Source: Clostridiales bacterium (GTDB lineage Bacteria; Bacillota; Clostridia; Oscillospirales; Acutalibacteraceae). Taken from it: a stretch of DNA of 64,000 bases. Both the position numbers and the translations under genes were made by a program. Shown here one piece after another: positions 56,250-64,000 of the stretch. The number at the start of each line of letters is the position of its first letter. Position 1 is the stretch's first letter. The notes beneath the pieces are model-generated. The model was not told the DNA's origin, searched no databases, and saw nothing but the letters and a program-made list of their open reading frames with translations. The DNA lies in assembly GCA_036831405.1 (NCBI GenBank), contig DAISMS010000002.1, forward strand, positions 26,202-90,201, given 5' to 3'.

Positions 56250-57812
56250 TTAGGTTGACCGCCTTACCGGTCTCACCCATTTAATATCCCTTTTGTTCAG
56301 ACACCCGAACAAAAACAGAAGAAGGGTGTACACAAGGATTACTACCACCGATGCAAGGCAGATGGCTACCATGTCCAGCAATCCGGCGTTGCATAATATC
56401 CTATAAAGCATGAAAGCCCCAACACAGGAGGTTGTGATGGCCAGAAGGGGCTTTAGGATCCACTGCGCCCATTGCATGTTTACCTGGGTTACAGTCAAAA
56501 GACGATGGATGTTTAGGGATGCCGTCAGGATATTGCTTAAAATCATAATAAACAGAAAGCCTTTGATTCCCTGTATTGGCACGATTAACACGATTGCAGC
56601 AATGCGGATCACCGAATCAAGCACACTGTATTTGAGAGAGCTGACCTGCTGATCAAGCCCCTTAAGAAGCCCGTCAACCACGCTCTCAAGGTACATGAAC
56701 GGCATAATCGGGGCAAGTACGCCAATGAGAAAACCCACCTCGTTGCTTTGGTAGATCAGCATTCCAAGCTGCCCCGAAAACATTGTAAACAGACCGCTAA
56801 TCGGAATGGACATAAGCAGGGTGATCCTGAGGGACTGAATTACCGCCTGGTTTACCTTACCTTTTTTATGAAGCACCGCAGCTTCGGATATTTCGGGAAT
56901 CAATAGGGTTGAAAAGGCTGACAGAACGGTGGACGGGAAAAACAAGATGGGCATTGCCATTCCTTTAAGCATACCAAACTCGGACAGCGCGCGACCACGC
57001 GATCCGGAGAATTTTGTAAGACAGTTGGGAACCAGCAGATTCTCGACGGTACGCAGTGCGGTGTTGAGATAGCGCCCGGCAGTAATGGGCACGGCGATAC
57101 AAAGCAGCTTGCGCAGAATACGCGGCCTTTTTGAAGCGCTGCCAGATGTAAAGGTGGGCAGACGCCTTCTGTCACGAAGATAACCGATCGCCAGATGCAG
57201 GCAGGCTCCTGTTTCAGCAAGGGTATCAGCAATCATTACCGCAGCGCAGGCAGCACCGATTCCCATGGAAGAGAAACGGTCAATGATCAGGATGATTACG
57301 GCAATCCGGATGAATTGCTCCAGCAGCTGTGCGTTGGTAGAGCGTGATATCTTTCGCCTCGCGATGAAATATCCTCTCAAGCAGGAGGAAATTCCCATAA
57401 ACGGCAGACCGAGGGATAGGATTTGCAGGGCAGGGACGGCACGCAGATCGCCCAAACCGTAGCGGGCAATTGGTTCTGCCCCCAGTATGATGATTAGAGT
57501 TGATGCCATTCCGATTGCCAGACTGACGGAGATGGCGCGCCGAAGAATACGGCGGACGCTCTTGCGGGTACACTGACCCGCCTGCTCGGCTACCAGCCGC
57601 GTAACTGCCGTTGAAATGCCTGAGGTTGCAAAGGTTGATGCTAATATATATATAGAAAATACGAGCTGATAAAGGCCCATACCTTCGGCGCCGATTTTAT
57701 TGGATAAATAAACGCGGAAAAAGATTCCGACTGTACGCAGTAGAAGAGATGTTGCTGTTAATATAAAGGCGTTTTTAAGAAAGGTAAACTTTTTCAATGC
57801 TGCACTTCCCAC
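56250..57812 (-). CDS. spoVB: stage V sporulation protein B (MOP-family flippase)
   Basis: FLKNAFILTATSLLLRTVGIFFRVYLSNKIGAEGMGLYQLVFSIY...TAVTRLVAE parallels the B. subtilis SpoVB N-terminus. About 14 TM segments. Confidence 0.8.
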   Translation of the reverse strand: MGSAALKKFTFLKNAFILTATSLLLRTVGIFFRVYLSNKIGAEGMGLYQLVFSIYILASTFATSGISTAVTRLVAEQAGQCTRKSVRRILRRAISVSLAIGMASTLIIILGAEPIARYGLGDLRAVPALQILSLGLPFMGISSCLRGYFIARRKISRSTNAQLLEQFIRIAVIILIIDRFSSMGIGAACAAVMIADTLAETGACLHLAIGYLRDRRRLPTFTSGSASKRPRILRKLLCIAVPITAGRYLNTALRTVENLLVPNCLTKFSGSRGRALSEFGMLKGMAMPILFFPSTVLSAFSTLLIPEISEAAVLHKKGKVNQAVIQSLRITLLMSIPISGLFTMFSGQLGMLIYQSNEVGFLIGVLAPIMPFMYLESVVDGLLKGLDQQVSSLKYSVLDSVIRIAAIVLIVPIQGIKGFLFIMILSNILTASLNIHRLLTVTQVNMQWAQWILKPLLAITTSCVGAFMLYRILCNAGLLDMVAICLASVVVILVYTLLLFLFGCLNKRDIKWVRPVRRST

Positions 57813-57829
57813 CCGTTGTTATGAACAGT

Positions 57830-59002
57830 TCATGATTGATTGTCGGTATGCTTACGGGATTCTTGGAACAGAATCGTAAGATCTTTCTGCCCGGACGGAA
57901 GGGGAATCAGGTCAATATACTGGATTGCAGTGATCCCGTTATAGAGGGGTATGCCTGAATAACGTGCACCGCAGTACCCGTTGGCCGAGACTTCTATTGT
58001 GCAGGGAGCGGGGGGATCGCACAATGGGATTGCCACAACCGGTGTACTCCCGCTGCCGTCGGTTCGGACGGTTTTATGCACCTTTTGAGTTGAAAATCCG
58101 GCTCTGGTTATGGTTACACGTGCGTCGTAAATCGGAACAGGGTTGCGTCCCGAGGTGACCTTCACCTGAAGATTGGCGGGTTTGGATGAATCAGGTTTAG
58201 GCATCGAGGCAAGAACCGCTTTTTTATCGGCTCGGAAGGGACGAAATTTCGATGGAGCGGTGGGGCATTCATCATCTGGAAAGGAAACGAATGAATGGTT
58301 TGCCGGAACGGGTTGATTTGTTTCCTGGGAGACGGCGGAGGTATCCTGAACCGGGCGAAACATGGAGGGAGCAGGCGGACAGTCATCCTCAACCATAAAG
58401 GACGCTGGGGTGCCGTCCACGGGAGTATCCCGCAGCAGGTCACCGTTGACCCGTGAGGTCTGAATTGTGGGTTGGGGGCGAAACATGGATGGTGAAAGCG
58501 GGGAATCATCGTCGAATAGATTGGAGACTTCAACCAGATTGGGTTCTTGTGGGGTGTTCTGTACAGCTTCTCTTTTTTCAAGGGCAACAGCAGCCGATAT
58601 CCCTACGTTGTTTGGACGAAACATAGAGGGGGAGGGAGAGCATTCTTGCTCAGGCTGGTTCGACATAATACTTTGAACCATTGAAGAAACAGCGACGGGG
58701 GATGGGACAAAAACGGAGGGTGCCGCGGCGGCAGGGGGGGTGCCGAATTTAGCGGGTTCCCGATCATCCGCTTTCGGTTCTTGATTATGTAAGCGGACAG
58801 GGGTGTTTTCTGACTCCTGTCGAGGTTCCTGCTGGAATTTCTTTCGGGGTTCACTCCCTAATTCCGGTGTTTCAGGTTTTGCTGATTGCTCCGGCTTTTG
58901 AGTATCGGACAGTTTTTTTCGTTTATAGGAAGCCATGAGCTCGTTTTGATATTTTTGTATCATTTCCTGAAGCTGCGAGGGGGTATACTGTTCCTGATTC
59001 AT
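57830..59002 (-). CDS. Pro-rich protein with four PSMFRP repeats and a C-terminal beta-sandwich-like domain
   Basis: Repeats: EQECSPSPSMFRP, DDDSPLSPSMFRP, EDDCPPAPSMFRP, DDECPTAPSKFRP. The stop lies 18 nt before the spoVB start. Confidence 0.6.
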   Translation of the reverse strand: MNQEQYTPSQLQEMIQKYQNELMASYKRKKLSDTQKPEQSAKPETPELGSEPRKKFQQEPRQESENTPVRLHNQEPKADDREPAKFGTPPAAAAPSVFVPSPVAVSSMVQSIMSNQPEQECSPSPSMFRPNNVGISAAVALEKREAVQNTPQEPNLVEVSNLFDDDSPLSPSMFRPQPTIQTSRVNGDLLRDTPVDGTPASFMVEDDCPPAPSMFRPVQDTSAVSQETNQPVPANHSFVSFPDDECPTAPSKFRPFRADKKAVLASMPKPDSSKPANLQVKVTSGRNPVPIYDARVTITRAGFSTQKVHKTVRTDGSGSTPVVAIPLCDPPAPCTIEVSANGYCGARYSGIPLYNGITAIQYIDLIPLPSGQKDLTILFQESRKHTDNQS

Positions 59003-59155
59003 CTCATGTCACCGACCTTTCAAAGAACAGGGATTTCCGTATCATGTATATGAACGGTCAGGACAAATAATGCGTAGCAGAAAATGATCTGGTTTAAAAT
59101 ATAATCCCAAATATAGAAAAAACCATTTCCTTTATCGGTGAAAACGGCTTAAAAG

Positions 59156-59190
59156 CTACAAAAAGCGGCGAGCATTCTAGCCCGCCGCTT
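59156..59190 (-). terminator. intrinsic terminator (minus strand)
   Basis: The minus strand reads AAGCGGCG-ggctagaatgct-CGCCGCTT followed by TTTTGTAGCTTTT. Confidence 0.65.
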
Positions 59191-59353
59191 CACCATATAA
59201 TCTGCGGCAAGCGTGGGGTCGCTCCTTAGCATTGCTCCATTTATGCCGCAATAAAAGTAATAAAAAATTATTTTTACAAAAATGTGTACCCAAGCCGTTA
59301 GTAGGGCTTGGAACTTAGTATAAATGCATAAGACAATATATTGTTATATATTA

Positions 59354-60541
59354 TCAACTTGTATAATAGCTTATGGTAATGTTGCTAGGGAGATTGGACA
59401 GCTTATAAAATAAAGCACCGTCCGGGATTATTCCAACATGTTGTCCATATGCTCCAGTGCCATCAATAGCGAAAACAGGTGCACCACTATCTCCAGATTG
59501 CGAAAAATAATTTGCCAAGACTAAATCTTCATGATTAAAACCAGCATAAGTTGTTTTCACGCTTGGAATGGTGATTGTGCCCGGGCGCTCACCAGATGTA
59601 GAGCCATGCATGTAAACTTTTTGTCCAGCTTTATAATTAGTCGTGCTCGTTCTGTTATATGGTAAAGTTCTTCCTTTGGGAGTCTCTGGATTCGGTACCC
59701 AACTAGAGTCTTCTCTGGTTACAAACGAAAAATCGGTTTTACCTGATTCATTTTTGAAGGTAACCTTCCCTGCTTTTTTACCATCGCCTCGGTATACAGG
59801 AGAATTAATAGCCTGTCCATGATGTCCGGTAATTAAGAAACCCTTGGTACCATTGTATGTGGCTCCCCATGCTGCAGTGAATCCACCGTTGCCACAGGTA
59901 TACCTTGTTCCTCCCATAACTGTATTAACGTGGTATTCAAAGTTAGATTGTTTTTCCTTAAAGAAAACCATCCTTAAATCTACAACTTTTGCTACTTTAT
60001 CCCTTATTTCTTGGGTAAGTTTATCGACCCGCACTTCAACATACCCGTTTTTTTCATCACGCCCAACAAAAGTGATATCCAAGTCTTTCATATTATCGCC
60101 CAATTTGTTATAGCAATCGACTAATTCTTGCAATGTGAACGCTACAACTTTTGTTTTGTAATCTATGCCGTTTTTTAAAGTAATCATGTTCTGGGCATCA
60201 ACAAATTTTTTAAGCTGCATGCTTTTTTCACTTAACCTGCCGACCAAATTGATAACTAACGCACCGTCATCGTCATAGTAAGAACCTCCAAAATCCTTGG
60301 GTGAAAATGTTTCATCTATTTTATTGGCAAGTATGTGAAGTTCTTTTTGTTGTGCAAATTCTTCTTTCGATATCAAGTCTGAATATGATTCGTCCCAGCC
60401 TTCGTATAATCGCTCTTTTTCAAAATTAAAATTCCCGGAAGCAGCTGAAGCGGATATCATAAGAATTAAAGAAGACAAAAGAAGCGAAGTAAAGACTTTT
60501 TTAACATATTTTGCTCTTTTCACAAGTATCAATCCTTTCAC
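59354..60541 (-). CDS. secreted S1-family (chymotrypsin/streptogrisin-like) serine protease with a prodomain
   Basis: Signal peptide, LITGHHG (His), and GDSGAPVF (Ser). AT-rich gene. Confidence 0.75.
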   Translation of the reverse strand: MKGLILVKRAKYVKKVFTSLLLSSLILMISASAASGNFNFEKERLYEGWDESYSDLISKEEFAQQKELHILANKIDETFSPKDFGGSYYDDDGALVINLVGRLSEKSMQLKKFVDAQNMITLKNGIDYKTKVVAFTLQELVDCYNKLGDNMKDLDITFVGRDEKNGYVEVRVDKLTQEIRDKVAKVVDLRMVFFKEKQSNFEYHVNTVMGGTRYTCGNGGFTAAWGATYNGTKGFLITGHHGQAINSPVYRGDGKKAGKVTFKNESGKTDFSFVTREDSSWVPNPETPKGRTLPYNRTSTTNYKAGQKVYMHGSTSGERPGTITIPSVKTTYAGFNHEDLVLANYFSQSGDSGAPVFAIDGTGAYGQHVGIIPDGALFYKLSNLPSNITISYYTS

Positions 60542-60729
60542 ATATAATTTCCAATCATGCTATTAGTATACATTAATTACCATAATTGCGCTATATGCAA
60601 AATTACCAATAACAATCCATAAAAACTGCAAACTTACACAAAATAGACAAAAAGGCATAAAAACACTTCACATTTTACATATTATACAATATACTATAAC
60701 TATTATAAGGTGTTAGGAGGAAATATTTT

Positions 60730-61185
60730 ATGAAGTACCTTTTTCTATTTTTGACTGTTATTCTGATTTTAGTTTCGCTTATAGCTTGTAACAAGCCTGA
60801 AAATCCGGAAAAGCCGGAAACCTTTACTTTCAAGACAAATATAAATGATTATGACGAAAATTTAACATTAAAACTGGGCGATGAAATCACCGTTACCGCG
60901 GAGATAATTAACAATACAAATAAAAAACAGACTATTTTACATGGTGAACAGCCAATATTTCTTTATGTAGGTGAGTATGATACACTTTATGGATATAGTG
61001 ATATTGCTTTTTACACAGACGTAAAACCCAAAGAAATAATTAAAAAAGAATTATCGTATAAGGCCGATAAAGCAGGGAAATATGTAATAATTCTTCATTC
61101 CGATTTTTCTTACGGCAACAAAAAAGGTGTGTACGATATCAATGTTAAAAATGATAAGAAAATTATTGTTGAGGTTGTAGAGTAG
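60730..61185 (+). CDS. small lipoprotein, function unknown
   Basis: MKYLFLFLTVILILVSLIAC lipobox. AT-rich. 151 aa. Confidence 0.6.
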   Translation: MKYLFLFLTVILILVSLIACNKPENPEKPETFTFKTNINDYDENLTLKLGDEITVTAEIINNTNKKQTILHGEQPIFLYVGEYDTLYGYSDIAFYTDVKPKEIIKKELSYKADKAGKYVIILHSDFSYGNKKGVYDINVKNDKKIIVEVVE

Positions 61186-61207
61186 CTTCAAAAATCTTAT
61201 GAAACCA

Positions 61208-61235
61208 TTGACTTTCAGAATAAATGGCATATAAT
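61208..61235 (+). promoter_or_regulatory. sigma-A promoter of the aspS leader
   Basis: TTGACT, then 16 nt, then TATAAT. Confidence 0.55.
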
Positions 61236-61261
61236 AGTGAATAATATCATAAAAACATTGA

Positions 61262-61510
61262 CGGGAAGAGTAGACTCGACAGGACGTTTCAGAGAGCCGG
61301 GGAAGGTGCAAGCCCGGTACCGATAGTCGGGAGGAAGAACATCCCTGAGTTTCCATCCGAAAGCCTTTTCAGGTCAGTAGGCGTGGACGTCGGGCGGCAC
61401 GTTACAGCCGTAAACCATAGGTGATGAGTGGATCGTTAAACGGTCTATTTGGGTGGTACCGCGGAAGCATCGTCTTTCGTCCCAGTTTCAGGGATGAAGG
61501 GCGTTTTTTA
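61262..61510 (+). ncRNA. T-box riboswitch leader, specifier read as AAC (Asn)
   Basis: Stem I: GGGA-AGAGUAG, AG bulge CAGAGAG, distal loop GGUGCAA. The 3' side of the specifier loop reads GGAAG-AAC-A directly before the closing UCCC and the UGA K-turn. T-box sequence TTTGGGTGGTACCGCG at 61448-61463. Terminator at 61471-61509 with G-U pairs plus TTTTTT. Confidence 0.85.
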
Positions 61511-61570
61511 TTGGTTGAAAATTGGCAAGAGCAGAGCCCTTGCCCTACAAGATGAAAGGACATGGATTAA

Positions 61571-63652
61571 ATGAAACGAACCGACTATTGCGGCGCATTG
61601 CGTGAAAAGGATGTAGGCCGCACCATTACGGCGATGGGCTGGGCACAGAATAAGCGTGATATGGGGGGCGTTATTTTTATTGACCTGCGGGATAGAGAGG
61701 GTACGCTGCAGGTGGTTTTTGATGCGCGCAATCTTTCAGCAGAGGATTTTACGGCGGCCGAGCTTCTTAAGGTGGAATCAACCATTGCCGTCACCGGACT
61801 GCTGCGCCCTCGTGACCAGGAAACCTATAATCCGAGACTGGCGACAGGCACAATCGAGCTTGCCGCTACAAAGCTGGAGGTACTCTCCGAGGCCGAAACC
61901 CTGCCGTTTCAGCTGGAGGATGCAGCCAATGTTCGGGAGGATCTGCGACTAAAATACCGCTTTATTGATCTCCGCCGCCCCAAGCTGCTGAATAATCTGC
62001 GGTTCAGAGCCGCTGTTGTCAAGACGGTCTGTGATTATCTCGACAACGATGGATTTATTCAGATAGAGACGCCCATGCTGACCAAAAGCCCGCCCGAGGG
62101 TGCGAGGGACTACCTTGTTCCCAGCCGGGTGCATCAGGGCAAGTTTTACGCCCTGCCCCAGTCACCACAGATATTTAAGCAGCTTTTGATGGTGGGGGGA
62201 ATCGATAAATATTATCAGGTTGCCCGCTGCTTTCGCGACGAGGATCTGCGCGCCGATCGCCAGCCTGAATTCACCCAGGTGGATATGGAGATGTCGTTTG
62301 TTGGTCAGGAGGAGATTCTTATCCGGCTTGAAAAGCTGTTCAAGCATATTTTCAGCCGGACGCTGGGATTTGAATTCACCCAAGCCTTTCCCCGACTGAC
62401 ATGGCGTGAGTGTATGGACAGATACGGCAGCGATAAGCCGGATCTTCGATTTGATCTTCCCATCATCGACCTGACCGAGCAGATGCGGGGCTGCGGATTC
62501 TCAGTGTTCCGCAATGCAGTAGACAAAGGCGGTTATGTCCGCGCCATCAATGTCAAGGGCAGCGGTGATTTTACCCGCGGCACCATTGAGGATCTCACCG
62601 CCAAGGCACAGGGCTACGGCGCAAAGGGCATGGCATGGATTGCCATGAAGGAGGACGGAACACCCTATTCCATCCTGACCAAGTATTTTACTGAAAATGA
62701 ATTCGACAGCCTGCTTGGGGCAGTGGACGCAAAAGCGGGGGATTTCATTCTGTTCTGCGCCGACAAATATTCCACCGTCTGCCGCACCCTCGGCGGACTG
62801 CGGCTTGACCTTGCCGATATGATTGGGCTCCGCCGCAAGGATGATTATAAATTCCTGATTGTCACCGATTTCCCGGAATTTGAATATTCCGAGGAGGAGG
62901 GGCGCTATCTCGCAACACACCATCCGTTTACCATGCCCTACCCCGAGGACATCCCCTATCTCCTATCCGATCCGGGACGGGTGCGCGCCCAGGCCTATGA
63001 CGTGGTTCTCAACGGTGTCGAGCTGGGCAGCGGTAGCATCCGTATCCATCGCCGGGATGTACAGCAAACCATGTTTGAGGCACTGGGATTTGACGACGAG
63101 CAAATTGAAGAGCGGTTTGGATTTATGGTAAACGCTTTCCGTTACGGAACGCCTCCCCATGGGGGATTTGCATTCGGTCTTGACCGTCTTGTCATGCTGA
63201 TGTTGGGAGAGGATTCGCTTCGTGAGGTTATCGCATTCCCCAAGGTCAAGGACGCCAGCTGCCTGATGACCGATGCACCCAATGTCGTGGATCAGGAACA
63301 GCTGGATGTGCTGGGATTGACAGCCGGTCTGCTTGAGCAAGAACCGGCGGCTGCCACTCAAAACAAGCAGGTGGAAAAAATAAATGTGGACAACGTCGCC
63401 GAGCTCACCAAGCTCCAAATGAGCCAGAAGGAAAAAAAGGAGCTTGAAGCCGAATTGGAGACAATGATTGACTTTGTAAGTCAGCTTAAGGAGCTGGATA
63501 CCACCGGCGTGCCGGTTACCGATCATGCAGTACCGCTGAAAAATGTGCTTCGTGAGGATGTCCCCCATCAGCTTTATGACAGAGATGAGCTGCTTGCAAG
63601 CGCACCCCAAAAACAGGACGGATATATATTCGTACCGCAGGTCGTGGAATAG
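61571..63652 (+). CDS. aspS: aspartyl-tRNA synthetase fused in frame to a C-terminal GatC domain
   Basis: Class IIb AspRS motifs are present (FYALPQSPQ, FRDEDLRADRQPEF, GSIRIH, GGFAFGLDR). The normal AspRS end (AFPKVKDASCLMTDAP) is followed by a linker and a roughly 90-aa GatC-like module (nt 63380-63649). Confidence 0.9.
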   Translation: MKRTDYCGALREKDVGRTITAMGWAQNKRDMGGVIFIDLRDREGTLQVVFDARNLSAEDFTAAELLKVESTIAVTGLLRPRDQETYNPRLATGTIELAATKLEVLSEAETLPFQLEDAANVREDLRLKYRFIDLRRPKLLNNLRFRAAVVKTVCDYLDNDGFIQIETPMLTKSPPEGARDYLVPSRVHQGKFYALPQSPQIFKQLLMVGGIDKYYQVARCFRDEDLRADRQPEFTQVDMEMSFVGQEEILIRLEKLFKHIFSRTLGFEFTQAFPRLTWRECMDRYGSDKPDLRFDLPIIDLTEQMRGCGFSVFRNAVDKGGYVRAINVKGSGDFTRGTIEDLTAKAQGYGAKGMAWIAMKEDGTPYSILTKYFTENEFDSLLGAVDAKAGDFILFCADKYSTVCRTLGGLRLDLADMIGLRRKDDYKFLIVTDFPEFEYSEEEGRYLATHHPFTMPYPEDIPYLLSDPGRVRAQAYDVVLNGVELGSGSIRIHRRDVQQTMFEALGFDDEQIEERFGFMVNAFRYGTPPHGGFAFGLDRLVMLMLGEDSLREVIAFPKVKDASCLMTDAPNVVDQEQLDVLGLTAGLLEQEPAAATQNKQVEKINVDNVAELTKLQMSQKEKKELEAELETMIDFVSQLKELDTTGVPVTDHAVPLKNVLREDVPHQLYDRDELLASAPQKQDGYIFVPQVVE

Positions 63653-63664
63653 GAGGAAGCCGGA

Positions 63665-64000
63665 ATGAAAGAGCAAATAACAAAAATGACGGTTAGCCGG
63701 TTGAGTGAAGGGCTGTCAAGCAAAGAGATTTCGGCTGTCGAGGCCGCAAAGGCGTATCTGGACAAAATAACCGCTTGTGATAAAGAGATTGGCGCCTATC
63801 TCCAAGTGACTGCCGAGCAAGCCTTAAAACAAGCCCAACAAGTCGATCAGCTACGTGCCGCAGGAGAGCGGCTTTCCCCCCTTGCCGGCATCCCAGCGGG
63901 AATCAAGGATAATATTTGCGCAAAGGGTATAAACACAACCTGTGCTTCCCGTATGCTGGAGAACTTTGTTCCGCCTTACAATGCCTTTGTAATGCAGCGG
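63665..64000 (+). CDS. gatA: Asp/Glu-tRNA amidotransferase subunit A, 3' partial
   Basis: AGGAGGaagccggaATG; ...EISAVEAAKAYLDKI....LAGIPAGIKDNI (amidase signature start). Open to the window end. Confidence 0.9.
   Translation, partial: MKEQITKMTVSRLSEGLSSKEISAVEAAKAYLDKITACDKEIGAYLQVTAEQALKQAQQVDQLRAAGERLSPLAGIPAGIKDNICAKGINTTCASRMLENFVPPYNAFVMQR

Noticed and set aside
61386-61388. GAC (Asp codon) as the T-box specifier.
   Set aside because: It lies downstream of Stem I, in the Stem II region. The triplet in the correct specifier-loop position, just before the closing helix and followed by a purine, is AAC at 61338-61340.
62963-63676. 237-aa antisense ORF opposite the aspS-gatC 3' half.
   Set aside because: It is a shadow of a strongly motif-supported + strand gene, and it has no SD.

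Overview
This 64-kb chromosomal segment looks like a spore-forming Clostridia (Firmicutes) genome. The evidence is ctsR-mcsA-mcsB-clpC, rplU-prp-rpmA-obg, spoVB and a T-box leader.

By eye the G+C content is about one half, with three visibly AT-rich stretches. None of this was computed.

Layout:
- 1-18.9 kb, mostly + strand: a sortase-anchored CBM surface protein; a GlcNAc-type phosphorolytic module (GH94-like phosphorylase, phosphohexomutase, nagA, nagB); a tight five-gene operon (M20 amidohydrolase, SDR-like protein, DapA/NanA-like aldolase, L-serine dehydratase beta and alpha); TetR with an oxidoreductase and a TIM-barrel isomerase; AraC with an FAD oxidoreductase.
- 19.1-26.7 kb: an AT-rich exopolysaccharide island on the minus strand. 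It abuts the 3' end of tRNA-Pro(CGG), whose 5' leader carries odd tandem copies of the tRNA 5' end.
- 27-35 kb: DUF47-Pit, ferredoxin-hcp with a perfect 22-bp palindrome, a C39-like lipoprotein, and an Fe-S/ArsR operon.
- 35.4-35.8 kb: tRNA-Arg(CCG) with a duplicated 3' end plus terminator.
- 36.3-44.5 kb: the ctsR operon and the L21-Prp-L27-Obg-miniRNaseIII block.
- 44.7-61 kb: folPBK, pyrG, an orphan hisHF pair, two paralogous metallophosphoesterases, a decayed RAYT-like transposase, spoVB, and an AT-rich protease islet.
- Right end: a T-box whose specifier reads AAC (Asn), controlling an aspS ORF fused in frame to a GatC domain, followed by gatA.

Things not on the ORF track:
- three paralogous 25-32 aa Cys-containing hydrophobic peptide genes with strong SDs
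- a 50-aa basic protein gene
- a roughly 50-nt hairpin leader present in 3-4 copies directly 5' of unrelated start codons

No CRISPR array, rRNA, integrase or recognisable defence system was seen. All calls come from reading the sequence and translations by eye; no searches were run.
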